From an uncultured bacterium (lineage in GTDB: Bacteria > UBA8481): a stretch of DNA of 64,000 bases. A program made the position numbers and the translations under genes. This document shows positions 19,158 through 27,974 of the stretch, piece by piece. The notes beneath the pieces are model-generated. The model was given only the letters and a program-made list of their open reading frames with translations, did no database searches and had not been told where the DNA came from. Positions within the stretch are counted from its first letter, which is position 1; each line of letters starts with the position of its first letter. Location of the stretch: positions 62,001-126,000 of the forward strand of contig CAZCME010000006.1 of assembly GCA_964499705.1 (NCBI GenBank), read 5' to 3'.

Positions 19158-20287
19158 CTCTCGATCGCTTCCACCATTCTGTCCCACGAATAGCGGTCCC
19201 GGTCGGCCGCAATCTCCTTCCGAAAAGATTCCGGATCTTCCGCCTCGAAATATCTCCGAATCGCTCCCGCCAGAGCAGGAGGATCGCACGGCGGCACCAG
19301 GAATCCCGTCTTCCCGTCGCGGATCGCCTCGGGCAATCCGCCCACGGTCGTTCCCACCACGGGCTTGCCGAATCCGTACGCGATCTGCACCACGCCGCTC
19401 TGGCTCGCGCTGACGTATGGAACGACCACAAGATCGGCGGCCTGGAAATAGAGAGGTACTTCCTCATTCGCCACATAACGATCGACGATCGTCAACTGCC
19501 CGCGCGCGCTCAGCCGCGCCATCTGGTCGCCATACGCCTCGCGGCCTTCGTACCATTCTCCGACCACCAGCAGATGATAGTCGTCCTGAAGAGGAAGCTG
19601 GAGTACAGCCTCGAGCAGAAATTCAAGCCCTTTGTAAGCGCGGATGAATCCGAAAAAAAGAACGACGCGTCGCCTTTCCATCGCCAATGTCCGGCGGGCT
19701 TCGTCGCGCGTCATGACTCCCCGGTCGCCAAATGTCTCGTACGTCGGATGCGGCGAAACGAGGACGCGGGCGTCCGGCATGAGAGCCAGGAGTTCCGCGC
19801 GGTCGCGCTGCGAATGAACGATGAATCCCGCGTCGCGGCTCCACGCATACTTAAGCAGCGCCCGATCCAGGACCGAGTCCTCGTGCGGTCGCACGTTGTG
19901 ACAGAGAAATAAGCACGGGATTCCTGCGAAACGGTGCGCCAGCCGCGCGACCGTGCCGAAGCTCGGCGCGAAGAAAGGATGCCACCATGAAATGACGAGG
20001 AGCTCCGGAGCGAACGCGCGGATACGTCGGTATGCCCGAAACCACGTCGCGGGATTGAGCGAATCCAGGCACGCGTCATGGTCCTCGCTGATCTCCTCGC
20101 CGGAATGATCCTGCTGCGTCACGCCTGGAAACAGGAGCCCGGGGTACTGCCGCGAGAGCGAGATGAAGGTGACGTCGTGCTTCTTGCGGAGATGTCGGCA
20201 CAAGAGCGTCGTGTAATGAGCGATGCCGCCCCGGAAGGGATGTGTCACGCCGAGCAGGGCGATCCTCACCCGTCGTGGAGTCGCCAC
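19148..20287 (-). CDS. Glycosyltransferase family 4
   Basis: GGIAHY, FFGFIRAYKG, SQSGV, VGGLPE. Confidence 0.92.
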   Translation of the reverse strand: MATPRRVRIALLGVTHPFRGGIAHYTTLLCRHLRKKHDVTFISLSRQYPGLLFPGVTQQDHSGEEISEDHDACLDSLNPATWFRAYRRIRAFAPELLVISWWHPFFAPSFGTVARLAHRFAGIPCLFLCHNVRPHEDSVLDRALLKYAWSRDAGFIVHSQRDRAELLALMPDARVLVSPHPTYETFGDRGVMTRDEARRTLAMERRRVVLFFGFIRAYKGLEFLLEAVLQLPLQDDYHLLVVGEWYEGREAYGDQMARLSARGQLTIVDRYVANEEVPLYFQAADLVVVPYVSASQSGVVQIAYGFGKPVVGTTVGGLPEAIRDGKTGFLVPPCDPPALAGAIRRYFEAEDPESFRKEIAADRDRYSWDRMVEAIESYI

Positions 20288-20293
20288 CGCGGA

Positions 20294-21328
20294 TCAATCC
20301 TCCAGGATCGTTCTGATCCTGTACTCCGGGTCGCGCCGCCGCCGGCCGCCCGACGAGATGAAGAGTTCTCCCAGGAGACCGATGGAGAAGAACTGGGTGC
20401 CGATCAGCATCAGGAGAATGCCGAGGCTCAGCGCGGGGCGGTCGTGAATATTCCACGTGTTATCGGGAAGCCAACCGGCGCCATGCAACACGTGCGCGCC
20501 CGCGAAAAAAAGGAGAATGAAAAATCCGATCATTCCGACGGCGATGCCGCTGCCTCCCCAGAGGTGAAGAGGCCGATGGGCGAAGCGCGTGATGAACGTG
20601 ACGGTCAGGAGGTCCAGCATGCCGCGCATGTAACGCGATGCGCCGTACTTCGACCGGCCGTGAATCCGAGGATGATTCGAGATCGGCACTTCGGTCAGCT
20701 TGAAACCCTGCGCATGGGCGAGGACCGGAATGTAGCGATATAAAGAACCATGGATATCGATCTCGTCGAGCACTTCCCGCCTGTAGGCCTTGAAGGGGCA
20801 GTTGAAATCATGGAGCGTGATGCCGGTCGAAAAGCGGACGGCGATATTGAAGAGTCGCGACGGCAGGGATTTGCCGATCGGGCCCTTTCCCTCATGCTTC
20901 CAGCCGACCACGAGATCATGCCCTTTCGCGATTTCGCTAAGCAGGAGAGGTATCTCCGCCGGATCGTCCTGCAGGTCGCCGTCCATCGTCACGACGATCC
21001 CGCCCCGGGCGTGATCGAATCCCGCGCTGTAGGCCGCGGACTTGCCGAAATTGCGCCGCAACCGGACGACGCGGAGATGAGAATCGCGCGCGCGAATTCC
21101 GGCGAGCCGCTCATAGGTCGCGTCCGTGCTGCCGTCATCGACGACGAGGAGCTCCCAGTCGTATTCCGCGGATGACATGCAGTCGGATATTTTTTCATGC
21201 AGCACCTCGATGTTCTCTTCCTCGTTGAAAACCGGCACGATGATGGAGAGGTGAGTCTCCAAGTCATCGCGGGAAGACGGCGATAAGCCTTCGTCGGGAA
21301 TCCGCGCCGGGCGCGCGGCGGGCTTCAC
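20294..21328 (-). CDS. GT2 polyprenyl-phosphate glycosyltransferase (ArnC/DPM-like) with C-terminal TMs
   Basis: SIIVPVFNEEENI, VDDGSTD, RNFGKSAA, MDGDLQDDP, HPRIHGRSKY; start uncertain. Confidence 0.9.
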   Translation of the reverse strand: MKPAARPARIPDEGLSPSSRDDLETHLSIIVPVFNEEENIEVLHEKISDCMSSAEYDWELLVVDDGSTDATYERLAGIRARDSHLRVVRLRRNFGKSAAYSAGFDHARGGIVVTMDGDLQDDPAEIPLLLSEIAKGHDLVVGWKHEGKGPIGKSLPSRLFNIAVRFSTGITLHDFNCPFKAYRREVLDEIDIHGSLYRYIPVLAHAQGFKLTEVPISNHPRIHGRSKYGASRYMRGMLDLLTVTFITRFAHRPLHLWGGSGIAVGMIGFFILLFFAGAHVLHGAGWLPDNTWNIHDRPALSLGILLMLIGTQFFSIGLLGELFISSGGRRRRDPEYRIRTILED

Positions 21329-22167
21329 AGTTCGCGAAAACATATAAGGAGAATACCGCATTCTTTCACCGTATCCATGACAGACTGGTCCAGAAGGGCG
21401 GTCAGTTCCGCGCGCCGATCCGGCGGATGAAGCGAATACCGAGTTGAAACATCGTCGTCGACTCCCGGGTGGCAGACCAGCTCCGTCGTGCCGTCGGGAA
21501 GGTCACGCAGGAAGGCGCGCAGGCGCGAGGCCGTCGCGCAGGTAACCGGATCGACACCCGAGAAATCATCGGTCGTACGAACATCCGCGCGCCGCAGCTC
21601 GCCCGCGCCGCAGCTCGCGCCGGCGGAAATGACGATTCGCTTCGCCCATGATGACGGGTTTCGTCCCATGGTTCTCCAGAGGCGGCGCTCCAGGGGATAC
21701 CGGATCCTGCGAATGCCGAAGCGGCGGCCCGATTCGATCATGACTTTCAACACACCCGGCAGCGCGTGAATGTGCTTGTGCGTATCGAGGTGCGTGGGCG
21801 AAAAACCCGCGTCCATGAACCGGGAAATCTGCGCTTCAAATTCGCGGCGGAGATCCTCGTCGCGGATGCGTCCCGAAAAACGCCGCATCGCAAACCGGAA
21901 GGGCGATCGGAGAAATTCACCGTTGGAATCGAGGAGGCTTGCGACCTTGGATGGGGAAGAGACCGGTTCCCCCCAGAGCACATTGAGATGCACTCCGAGG
22001 GGGAAGTCCGGATTCTCGCGGGCCACCGCGGCCGATGAGGAAAAACCGGGCATGTTCGTCAACATGGTCGCGGACGTCAGAATGCCGTCGCGCCATGCCT
22101 GCAGGATTCCCCGGCTGACACCCTCACAGAGCCCGAAATCATCTCCATTCACGATGAGCCTTTTCAT
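21325..22167 (-). CDS. ChbG/HpnK/YdjC family deacetylase
   Basis: LIVNGDDFG, GVHLN, HLDTHKHIH, ELVCHPG. Confidence 0.92.
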   Translation of the reverse strand: MKRLIVNGDDFGLCEGVSRGILQAWRDGILTSATMLTNMPGFSSSAAVARENPDFPLGVHLNVLWGEPVSSPSKVASLLDSNGEFLRSPFRFAMRRFSGRIRDEDLRREFEAQISRFMDAGFSPTHLDTHKHIHALPGVLKVMIESGRRFGIRRIRYPLERRLWRTMGRNPSSWAKRIVISAGASCGAGELRRADVRTTDDFSGVDPVTCATASRLRAFLRDLPDGTTELVCHPGVDDDVSTRYSLHPPDRRAELTALLDQSVMDTVKECGILLICFREL

Positions 22168-22243
22168 CCCGCCATGCTACATCATCTCGACCGGAAGGCG
22201 AAGCCGGTCGTGTTGAATCTAGAACGTCAGAATTTCCGTGCGA

Positions 22244-22729
22244 CTAGAATCCATCGTCATCATCGTCGTCGTCATCGTCATCGCTGTCATCATCGTCCTG
22301 ATAATCATCNNNNNNNNNNTCTTCAGCTTCATCTTGTTCTGCTTCTTCTTCATCTTCTGATTCTTCGACCGCATCTTCTTCTTCTTCTTCTTCATCATCA
22401 TCATCATCATCATTGTCATCATCGTCATCATCATCGTCGTCGTCATCGGAACCGCCCAGGTCGACTCCCAGCATGGCGGCCAGGGTAGCGCGCCCTTCAC
22501 CCGCCGACTTGTCCATGTTGATATTCGCGAAGAGTCCAGGCACGAACGGGAAAACCCAAAAAGCGGTCGCGGTAACCATGACAACAACCAGTACGTATTC
22601 CGTCAGTGAGACGCCGAGTTCCTTCAGGCGGCGAATCCACCTCAAATTCCCGCTCACCGGTTCCGCGGCGGATTCCTCCACAGTCGTCGCCGCCTTCGCG
22701 GCGATCGAATTCCTCAAGAATAGCAACAT
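22244..22729 (-). CDS. Flp/type IVb prepilin-like protein with Asp/Glu-rich tail (spans an assembly gap)
   Basis: G|VSLTEY followed by a hydrophobic helix, SAGEGRATLA, then a poly-D/E tract; GGAAGGA RBS upstream. Confidence 0.65.
   Translation of the reverse strand: MLLFLRNSIAAKAATTVEESAAEPVSGNLRWIRRLKELGVSLTEYVLVVVMVTATAFWVFPFVPGLFANINMDKSAGEGRATLAAMLGVDLGGSDDDDDDDDDDDNDDDDDDEEEEEEDAVEESEDEEEAEQDEAEXXXXDDYQDDDDSDDDDDDDDDDGF
22250..22446 (-). repeat. GAT/GAC/GAA trinucleotide low-complexity tract (poly-Asp/Glu), interrupted by N gap 22310-22319
   Basis: catcatcat/cttcttctt runs seen directly. Confidence 0.9.
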
Positions 22730-22750
22730 GATTACTTTCCTCCTTCCGGA

Positions 22751-23332
22751 CTAAAAATAAAGATTGTCTTCACGAACTTTCTTCTGCAATTTCGCGGATC
22801 GTTTCGCCGCGAGCTTTCCCAGGGCGTAATCGCCGTAGGTTCTTTCTATCCAGGAATACCTCGTGATCGCCACGGCGTATCGTCCGTGATTTTCATCGGT
22901 CAGTGCCTGCCGGTATTCCCACATGATGTCGTTGTGAGCGGCGCCGTCGCCGGGCAGATCATGCCGGGTCCTCAGGATGTCCAGCGCGTCCTGCGCGCGT
23001 TCCTTCTTGCTGTCCGGAGTCCGATCGTCGTTCACGCTGCGTGTCAGCAGATCCTCGGCTTCATCGAACAAGCCCAGTCTCCGCCACGCCGTCCACCCGG
23101 CCTCGAATGTCGCTTCGGCTGCCAGAACTGACGTTGGGCAGCTGTCGGCGATCATCCGGAAAAGCATGTACGCCTTCCCTGAATCCCCGCGTCGATAAGC
23201 TCGATCCGCGGATTGAAAGTAGCGATCGACGCCCATCTCAAACGAGGCTTCCGGACGCATCTCCGCCCACATGCCCATGCAGGTGAGATTCAGGATGACG
23301 AGCACGGCGGCGGCGATCGTGAATTTATTCAT
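22751..23332 (-). CDS. Exported TPR protein, type B (BamD/CpoB-like helical repeats)
   Basis: N-terminal signal or TM; A..Y..G.....A...F...P....A.EA.F..GW helical repeats; paralogous to 37197-37877; GGAGG RBS. Confidence 0.75.
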   Translation of the reverse strand: MNKFTIAAAVLVILNLTCMGMWAEMRPEASFEMGVDRYFQSADRAYRRGDSGKAYMLFRMIADSCPTSVLAAEATFEAGWTAWRRLGLFDEAEDLLTRSVNDDRTPDSKKERAQDALDILRTRHDLPGDGAAHNDIMWEYRQALTDENHGRYAVAITRYSWIERTYGDYALGKLAAKRSAKLQKKVREDNLYF

Positions 23333-23394
23333 CGCGTCACCGCCTCCGTCTCTGAATTGGTCATCCGGTCTGATCGGAACATGCCAACATCAAG

Positions 23395-23410
23395 AGCACT
23401 TTCCGTGCCA
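23395..23410 (-). promoter_or_regulatory. Sigma-54 (-24/-12) promoter upstream of TPR-B and the acidic pilin-like gene
   Basis: TGGCACGGAAAGTGCT, GG-N10-GC spacing. Confidence 0.65.
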
Positions 23411-23516
23411 CACGTCATGGACTTCAACGTCTGCATGTTCGCCCGTTTTTCGATATCTCGCAGATCCTGACAACATAGGAGATACGGTCGCATCGCCCCA
23501 TCATCCGCTTCTTCCA

Positions 23517-23548
23517 TATTCCCAGGGAATAACCTCTCACCTGTGAGA
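23517..23548. promoter_or_regulatory. Two adjacent palindromes, candidate enhancer sites
   Basis: TATTCCC-A-GGGAATA (23517-23531) and TCTCAC-CT-GTGAGA (23535-23548), about 110-140 bp upstream of the sigma-54 site. Confidence 0.45.
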
Positions 23549-23566
23549 TGTGGCGCAGGCGCCCCA

Positions 23567-24271
23567 TCATCGTGGCGCCTGTGTCCCGGTGTCGAGCGTC
23601 ACGCCCGTCAACGCCGTGAATCTCTTGCGCGCGTTGTTCGCGACCGAATGCGAGGGAAACTTCATCGCCACCGATCTGTACAAGTCGATGGCCCTGCTGT
23701 TATAACCGCTCTTCTCCGCCGCGCTCCCCTGGCGAAACATGGCATGTGGCACAAGAGTGGACTGGGGATACCGGCTCTCGATTTCGCTCAGAAGATTGAT
23801 CGCCTCCGCATAACGTTCCGCGCGATATTGCTCGCTCGCCTGGAACCATCTCTTCAACGCCTCTCCCTTGTCGTCTCCCCAATGCGCTTCGATGAACGCG
23901 AGATCCGACTGAGCCTTGTCGCCGATCTCGCTCTCCTCGAAGTCCGCGACCTGCCGGAGGACGGTGCGCGCCTTCTCCATGTCGAAATTATGCCGCTTAT
24001 GGATTTCCGCGAGAGCATATCCGGCCTTCGGAGCCATCACCGACCATGACATCTCCGTCATGATCTGGGTGTAAAGCGCCTCCGCCTTTCCGTAATCGCC
24101 CGCCTTTTCGATCTCCTCGGCGAGGGCGAAAATCTTCTCAGCGTCCTCGCGGCGCGACAGGTCGGGCCGGCCGAGCAGGAGATAAGAGGCGAGGACGACG
24201 TTCAGGAAGGAGAAGATCAGGATCCAGCGCACCCAGGCGTTGGTGGGCATCAGCCAATCGGTCGCTTTCAC
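23567..24271 (-). CDS. Membrane-anchored TPR protein, type A
   Basis: N-terminal TM, TPR repeats ending YP.S...P.A.F..G; paralogous to 37874-38509. Confidence 0.8.
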   Translation of the reverse strand: MKATDWLMPTNAWVRWILIFSFLNVVLASYLLLGRPDLSRREDAEKIFALAEEIEKAGDYGKAEALYTQIMTEMSWSVMAPKAGYALAEIHKRHNFDMEKARTVLRQVADFEESEIGDKAQSDLAFIEAHWGDDKGEALKRWFQASEQYRAERYAEAINLLSEIESRYPQSTLVPHAMFRQGSAAEKSGYNSRAIDLYRSVAMKFPSHSVANNARKRFTALTGVTLDTGTQAPR

Positions 24272-25659
24272 GCGGCGTCGCCCTTCCTCCTCAATTTTTC
24301 CGCCAGTCGCTTCCTATCGAGCCCGACGCGTCGGGCGGCTTCGGAAAGATTCCCTTGAGTTTTTCCCACGGCGCGCGAAAGGAATGCCGTCTCGAAGGCT
24401 CGCACCAGTTTCCGCCGCGCTTCACGGAACGTGCAGTCTTCATGCTCGCCTGCGAATCGCTCCATCACGGCCTCCAGCGAATCCTCATCCTCGCCCTGGA
24501 TCGTCAGCCCGTGAAAATGATCGGCGCGCAGCGCGGCTTCCGTCTGGCCCGTGGAGGACGCCAGCAGGATGGCGCGCTCGATGGCGGCGGAAAATTCGCG
24601 GATGTTGCCGGGCCAGTCCGCCCTGGCGAGAAATTCCTGCGCTTCCTCGGTCAGCCCCATGAAAGTTCGTCCCAGCCGCCGGCCGTGCAGAAATCCGAAG
24701 TGAGCGGCCAGCGCGGGTATATCCATGCGGCGTTCACGGAGCGGCGGAATCTCCACTGTGAATCCGGACAGTCGATAATAGAGATCCTCTCGAAATCTCT
24801 TCTGCCGGACCTCCTCGCGGAGATCCCGGTTGGAGGCGGCCACGAAACGCACATCGACCTTCATCTCGACCGTTCCGCCCAGCCTCCGCACCGCGCCCGT
24901 GTCCAGGAGCCGCAGGAGGCGCGCCTGGAGCCCGGGCGAAAGCTCCCCGATCTCGTCCAGAAAAAGCGTTCCGCCATTGGCCGCTTCGACAAGGCCGATC
25001 TTGCGGCCCACCGCTCCCGTGAAAGCGCCCTTTTCATATCCGAACAGCTCCGCTTCCAGGAGTGTCTCCGACAAGGTCGCCGTATTCACCGGAACAAACC
25101 GTCCTCTCCGCCCGCTGCGCGCGTGAACCATCCTGGCGAGAAGATCCTTGCCCGTGCCGGTCTCTCCAAGAAGAAGAACTGTCGTGGGCGACGTCGCGAC
25201 AAAATTGATGAGGTCGAGGACCTTTCTCGCGGGCGTCGATTCCCCGATGAAATGCGTCGAGTCCTCGTCGACCTCCACAAGGCGTTCCTTCCTGCGCGCG
25301 GTGAGCGCCTTCTCGATCCAGGCTGCGGCTTCTCTCCGGCGAACCGGCTTCGTCAGGTACGTGAACGCGCCTTTTTCCATCGCGTCCACCGCCTGCTGCA
25401 CGTTGGCGTGGCCGGTCATGAAGAGATAGTGCGCCGCGGAACTGCGGGACCGCGCATCGTCGAGAAGCTCGAGGCCGCTGCCGTCGGAGAGCCGGATATC
25501 GGAAAGCACGACCTCGGGATCCGAGGATGCGATGCAGCTCCGCGCGTCGGAGAGTGTCGCCGCCTGCAGCACGAAATGACCTTCCGCCTTGAGGGAGGCG
25601 GCGAGTGATTCGCGGAGCAATGGCTCGTCTTCCACGAGGAGCAGCGTCGCGGGAATCAC
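24268..25659 (-). CDS. Sigma-54-dependent response regulator (NtrC/PilR family: REC-AAA+-Fis HTH)
   Basis: VEDE/SD receiver, GETGTGKD, ELFGYEKGAFTGA, LFLDEIGE, FREDLYYRL, WPGNIRE, GNLSEAARRVG. Confidence 0.97.
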   Translation of the reverse strand: MIPATLLLVEDEPLLRESLAASLKAEGHFVLQAATLSDARSCIASSDPEVVLSDIRLSDGSGLELLDDARSRSSAAHYLFMTGHANVQQAVDAMEKGAFTYLTKPVRRREAAAWIEKALTARRKERLVEVDEDSTHFIGESTPARKVLDLINFVATSPTTVLLLGETGTGKDLLARMVHARSGRRGRFVPVNTATLSETLLEAELFGYEKGAFTGAVGRKIGLVEAANGGTLFLDEIGELSPGLQARLLRLLDTGAVRRLGGTVEMKVDVRFVAASNRDLREEVRQKRFREDLYYRLSGFTVEIPPLRERRMDIPALAAHFGFLHGRRLGRTFMGLTEEAQEFLARADWPGNIREFSAAIERAILLASSTGQTEAALRADHFHGLTIQGEDEDSLEAVMERFAGEHEDCTFREARRKLVRAFETAFLSRAVGKTQGNLSEAARRVGLDRKRLAEKLRRKGDAA

Positions 25660-26885
25660 GCGAGCTCCTTAGCATCGCGGACCGCATTCGCGCTCTTCGC
25701 CTGCCGAAGCTGGAGCGTGAATCGCGCGCCGCCCAGCGGCGAATCGGTGATCGAGAGCCGGCCGCCGTATTCGCCCGCCACGGTGCTGACGACAGCCAGG
25801 CCCATCCCCGTGCCCTTCGGTCGCGTCGTGAAGAGTGGGCGGCAGATGAGCGCGCGTTCCGCCTCGGGCACGCCGGGTCCCGAATCGTCCACGATGATTT
25901 CCGCCTTGTCATCGGCGCCCGTCCGCGTCGTGACGCGCACCACGCCGTCGCTGCCGGCAAATTCCATCGCGTTCAGCATGAGATTGAGGATCGCCTGCCT
26001 CAGGCGGCCCGCATCGGCCATCACGCACGCATTCTCCAGCGACTCCTCGATGACCGCCTCGCGCGCGCCGGGGGAAAAGCGACAGAGCCCGATCACCTCG
26101 GCGGCAAGCCCGGCGAGGTTCACGGAGTCCTCGCCGCGAACATCGTCCGATGAATCCGCGTCGACAACCGGCCGGGATGCGATCTCCATGATGCGCTCCA
26201 CTTCCCTCTCCACAACCGCGATCTTGTCCGCGGCATCGGCGCCGCCGGATGATTCCTTCCAGTTGTCCAGGAAGCTCAGAAGCCCGGCGGCCGGATTCCT
26301 GATCTCATGGGCCATCTCCGCGGCCACAAGCGACATCGCCGCCGCCTGGTTGGTTTTCCGGAGCTCCGCGACGCTCGCGAGATATCGCTCGTGCTGCCCG
26401 GCCTGATCCTCCACCATGGAGCCGAAGCTCGCGGATAAAAGGGTGAGCGCGAGGATCGATGTTCCGATGGCGAGCGAAAAGCCGGAGGAGAGCGCCCCGA
26501 GATACGCGGCGATCGCGCCGATGAAAAGAGTGGAAGCAAGCGCGCCGACGCGGCCGAAGATGTTCGCCGCGATGAAGACGAGGACCGTGAAGAGCCATGC
26601 GGCGGGCGAGATCACTTCGTCTCCCCAGGAGTTCAGCACCGTCGCGATCATGCAGAGTGACATCAGCAGAAACGCGGCGGACATCCCCGGGTGCCGCTCG
26701 TAGGCGATCAGGGCCATGACGTGAACGACGAGCACGATCGCGGCAACGGCGAGCACATGGTGGTAAGCCACTCCGTATCCGCGCGATGCCGCCAGGGATC
26801 CGAAGATGACCGACGAAAGCGCGAAGACGACGAATGTGCCCAGCATGAAGGAGCGATTCCGCTGGAAGATCGCGATGCGCATCAT
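25656..26885 (-). CDS. Polytopic membrane sensor histidine kinase (PilS-like architecture)
   Basis: About 6 N-terminal TMs, AHEIRNP, NLMLNA, DSGPG, KGTGMGL. Confidence 0.9.
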   Translation of the reverse strand: MMRIAIFQRNRSFMLGTFVVFALSSVIFGSLAASRGYGVAYHHVLAVAAIVLVVHVMALIAYERHPGMSAAFLLMSLCMIATVLNSWGDEVISPAAWLFTVLVFIAANIFGRVGALASTLFIGAIAAYLGALSSGFSLAIGTSILALTLLSASFGSMVEDQAGQHERYLASVAELRKTNQAAAMSLVAAEMAHEIRNPAAGLLSFLDNWKESSGGADAADKIAVVEREVERIMEIASRPVVDADSSDDVRGEDSVNLAGLAAEVIGLCRFSPGAREAVIEESLENACVMADAGRLRQAILNLMLNAMEFAGSDGVVRVTTRTGADDKAEIIVDDSGPGVPEAERALICRPLFTTRPKGTGMGLAVVSTVAGEYGGRLSITDSPLGGARFTLQLRQAKSANAVRDAKELA

Positions 26886-27760
26886 TCCGTCACCACCTCG
26901 CGCGTCGCTCCGGAAATATCAAAGCCCGGCATCGACGCATCCGTTCCGGAAAATCGCCCGGTGCCACGGTCGAACCGGGAGGAGCGCTCCGCTCTTGAAG
27001 ACCACGCTCCCGGACTCTCCAGGGTTTCCCTCTCCACGCCGGTCAAGACATCTTTCTCGGCCCCGGACTTCGTCATGTCGTAACCCGGCATCGATTCGTT
27101 GGAGCCGACGAACCGGCCGTCCCTCCTGCCTGCATTCGCGGAACCGGATGCGCGCTTCGCATCCGCGAGCATTCTCGCTTCATTTTCCCGCTCCGCCGCG
27201 GACACCACGACCGTCCGCTTCGCTCCCGCGATGTCGTAGCCCGGCATCGAGGAACTCGTGCCGGCAAACCGGCCGGTGCTTCCCACACCCTCGTTCCAGA
27301 GCGACGCACGCAGATTTCCGGAATAGGGAAGCTGAAGTTCCGACCTGGGCCGCGTGAAATCATGAACGACGACCTGCCGCTTATCCAGCCGCCATCTCCC
27401 CTGGTCCAGAGTCGTCAGGAAAGTCCAATCTCGCGATACGCCATACGGGAATTTGCTGAAATCGATCACGTCCGGCACGCGACCGGGATCGTTCAGGATT
27501 CTTTCCGCGACAGTCGCCAGCAGTTCCCACGAGCGCGACGTTCTCGTAAGGCCCAGCCCAGTCGTCAGATCCTCCACGCTCAATCGCGGAGCTGTATTCT
27601 CCCGTTCCGCCAGGGTCACATCAGTATCCCACTCGGGCGGATCGGGAACCGCCCAGTAAACGGCCAGCGAATAGACCACGGAAACAGCGCCAATCAGGAG
27701 CGCAATGTTGGGTGGAACGAGGGGTGGCATCTCCCCTGCATCGATGGACAGCTCCGCCAT
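26882..27760 (-). CDS. Hypothetical single-TM protein with three GRFxGxxxSMPG[YF]D repeats
   Basis: TM ending YWAVPDP; repeats at 27233-27274, 27077-27118, 26918-26959; stop overlaps the kinase start; ATG 27760 chosen because it lies downstream of the sigma-54 site. Confidence 0.7.
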   Translation of the reverse strand: MAELSIDAGEMPPLVPPNIALLIGAVSVVYSLAVYWAVPDPPEWDTDVTLAERENTAPRLSVEDLTTGLGLTRTSRSWELLATVAERILNDPGRVPDVIDFSKFPYGVSRDWTFLTTLDQGRWRLDKRQVVVHDFTRPRSELQLPYSGNLRASLWNEGVGSTGRFAGTSSSMPGYDIAGAKRTVVVSAAERENEARMLADAKRASGSANAGRRDGRFVGSNESMPGYDMTKSGAEKDVLTGVERETLESPGAWSSRAERSSRFDRGTGRFSGTDASMPGFDISGATREVVTE

Positions 27761-27804
27761 TACAACTGTCCTGGACCATAATTCGTGCGCACTCGGCACT
27801 GGAG

Positions 27805-27821
27805 AGCAAATGACATGCCAA
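27805..27821 (-). promoter_or_regulatory. Sigma-54 (-24/-12) promoter of the repeat protein-kinase-regulator-TPR operon
   Basis: TTGGCATGTCATTTGCT. Confidence 0.8.
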
Positions 27822-27911
27822 TTGTGCTTGCCATCACTTCGGCTGAAATAATATGAGTTATATGCCTGAATAAATTGCTGTTTTCAGGTCACGGAGTTGG
27901 GATGAGTAATG

Positions 27912-27964
27912 CAATACCCACATGGGAAATACAATACCCACATGGGTCGTTAATGCCCCATGTG
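27912..27964. promoter_or_regulatory. Tandem 15-bp repeats with internal dyad, candidate upstream activator sequences
   Basis: CAATACCCACATGGG at 27912-27926 and 27932-27946 (20-bp period), degenerate third copy at 27951-27964; AT-rich spacer before the promoter. Confidence 0.65.
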
Positions 27965-27974
27965 CATTTTGGAT

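Noticed and set aside
22219-22587. Alternative poly-Met/Lys and poly-His ORFs over the low-complexity tract
   Set aside because: These are shadow frames of the GAT/GAA repeat; only the D/E frame connects to a prepilin-like N-terminus with an RBS
23329-23517. 62-aa ORF between the TPR genes
   Set aside because: No recognisable features, and it overlaps a sigma-54 promoter; better explained as regulatory DNA
27912-27964. Possible mini-CRISPR array
   Set aside because: Repeats are 15 bp with 5-bp spacers and there are no cas genes; the layout fits protein-binding sites
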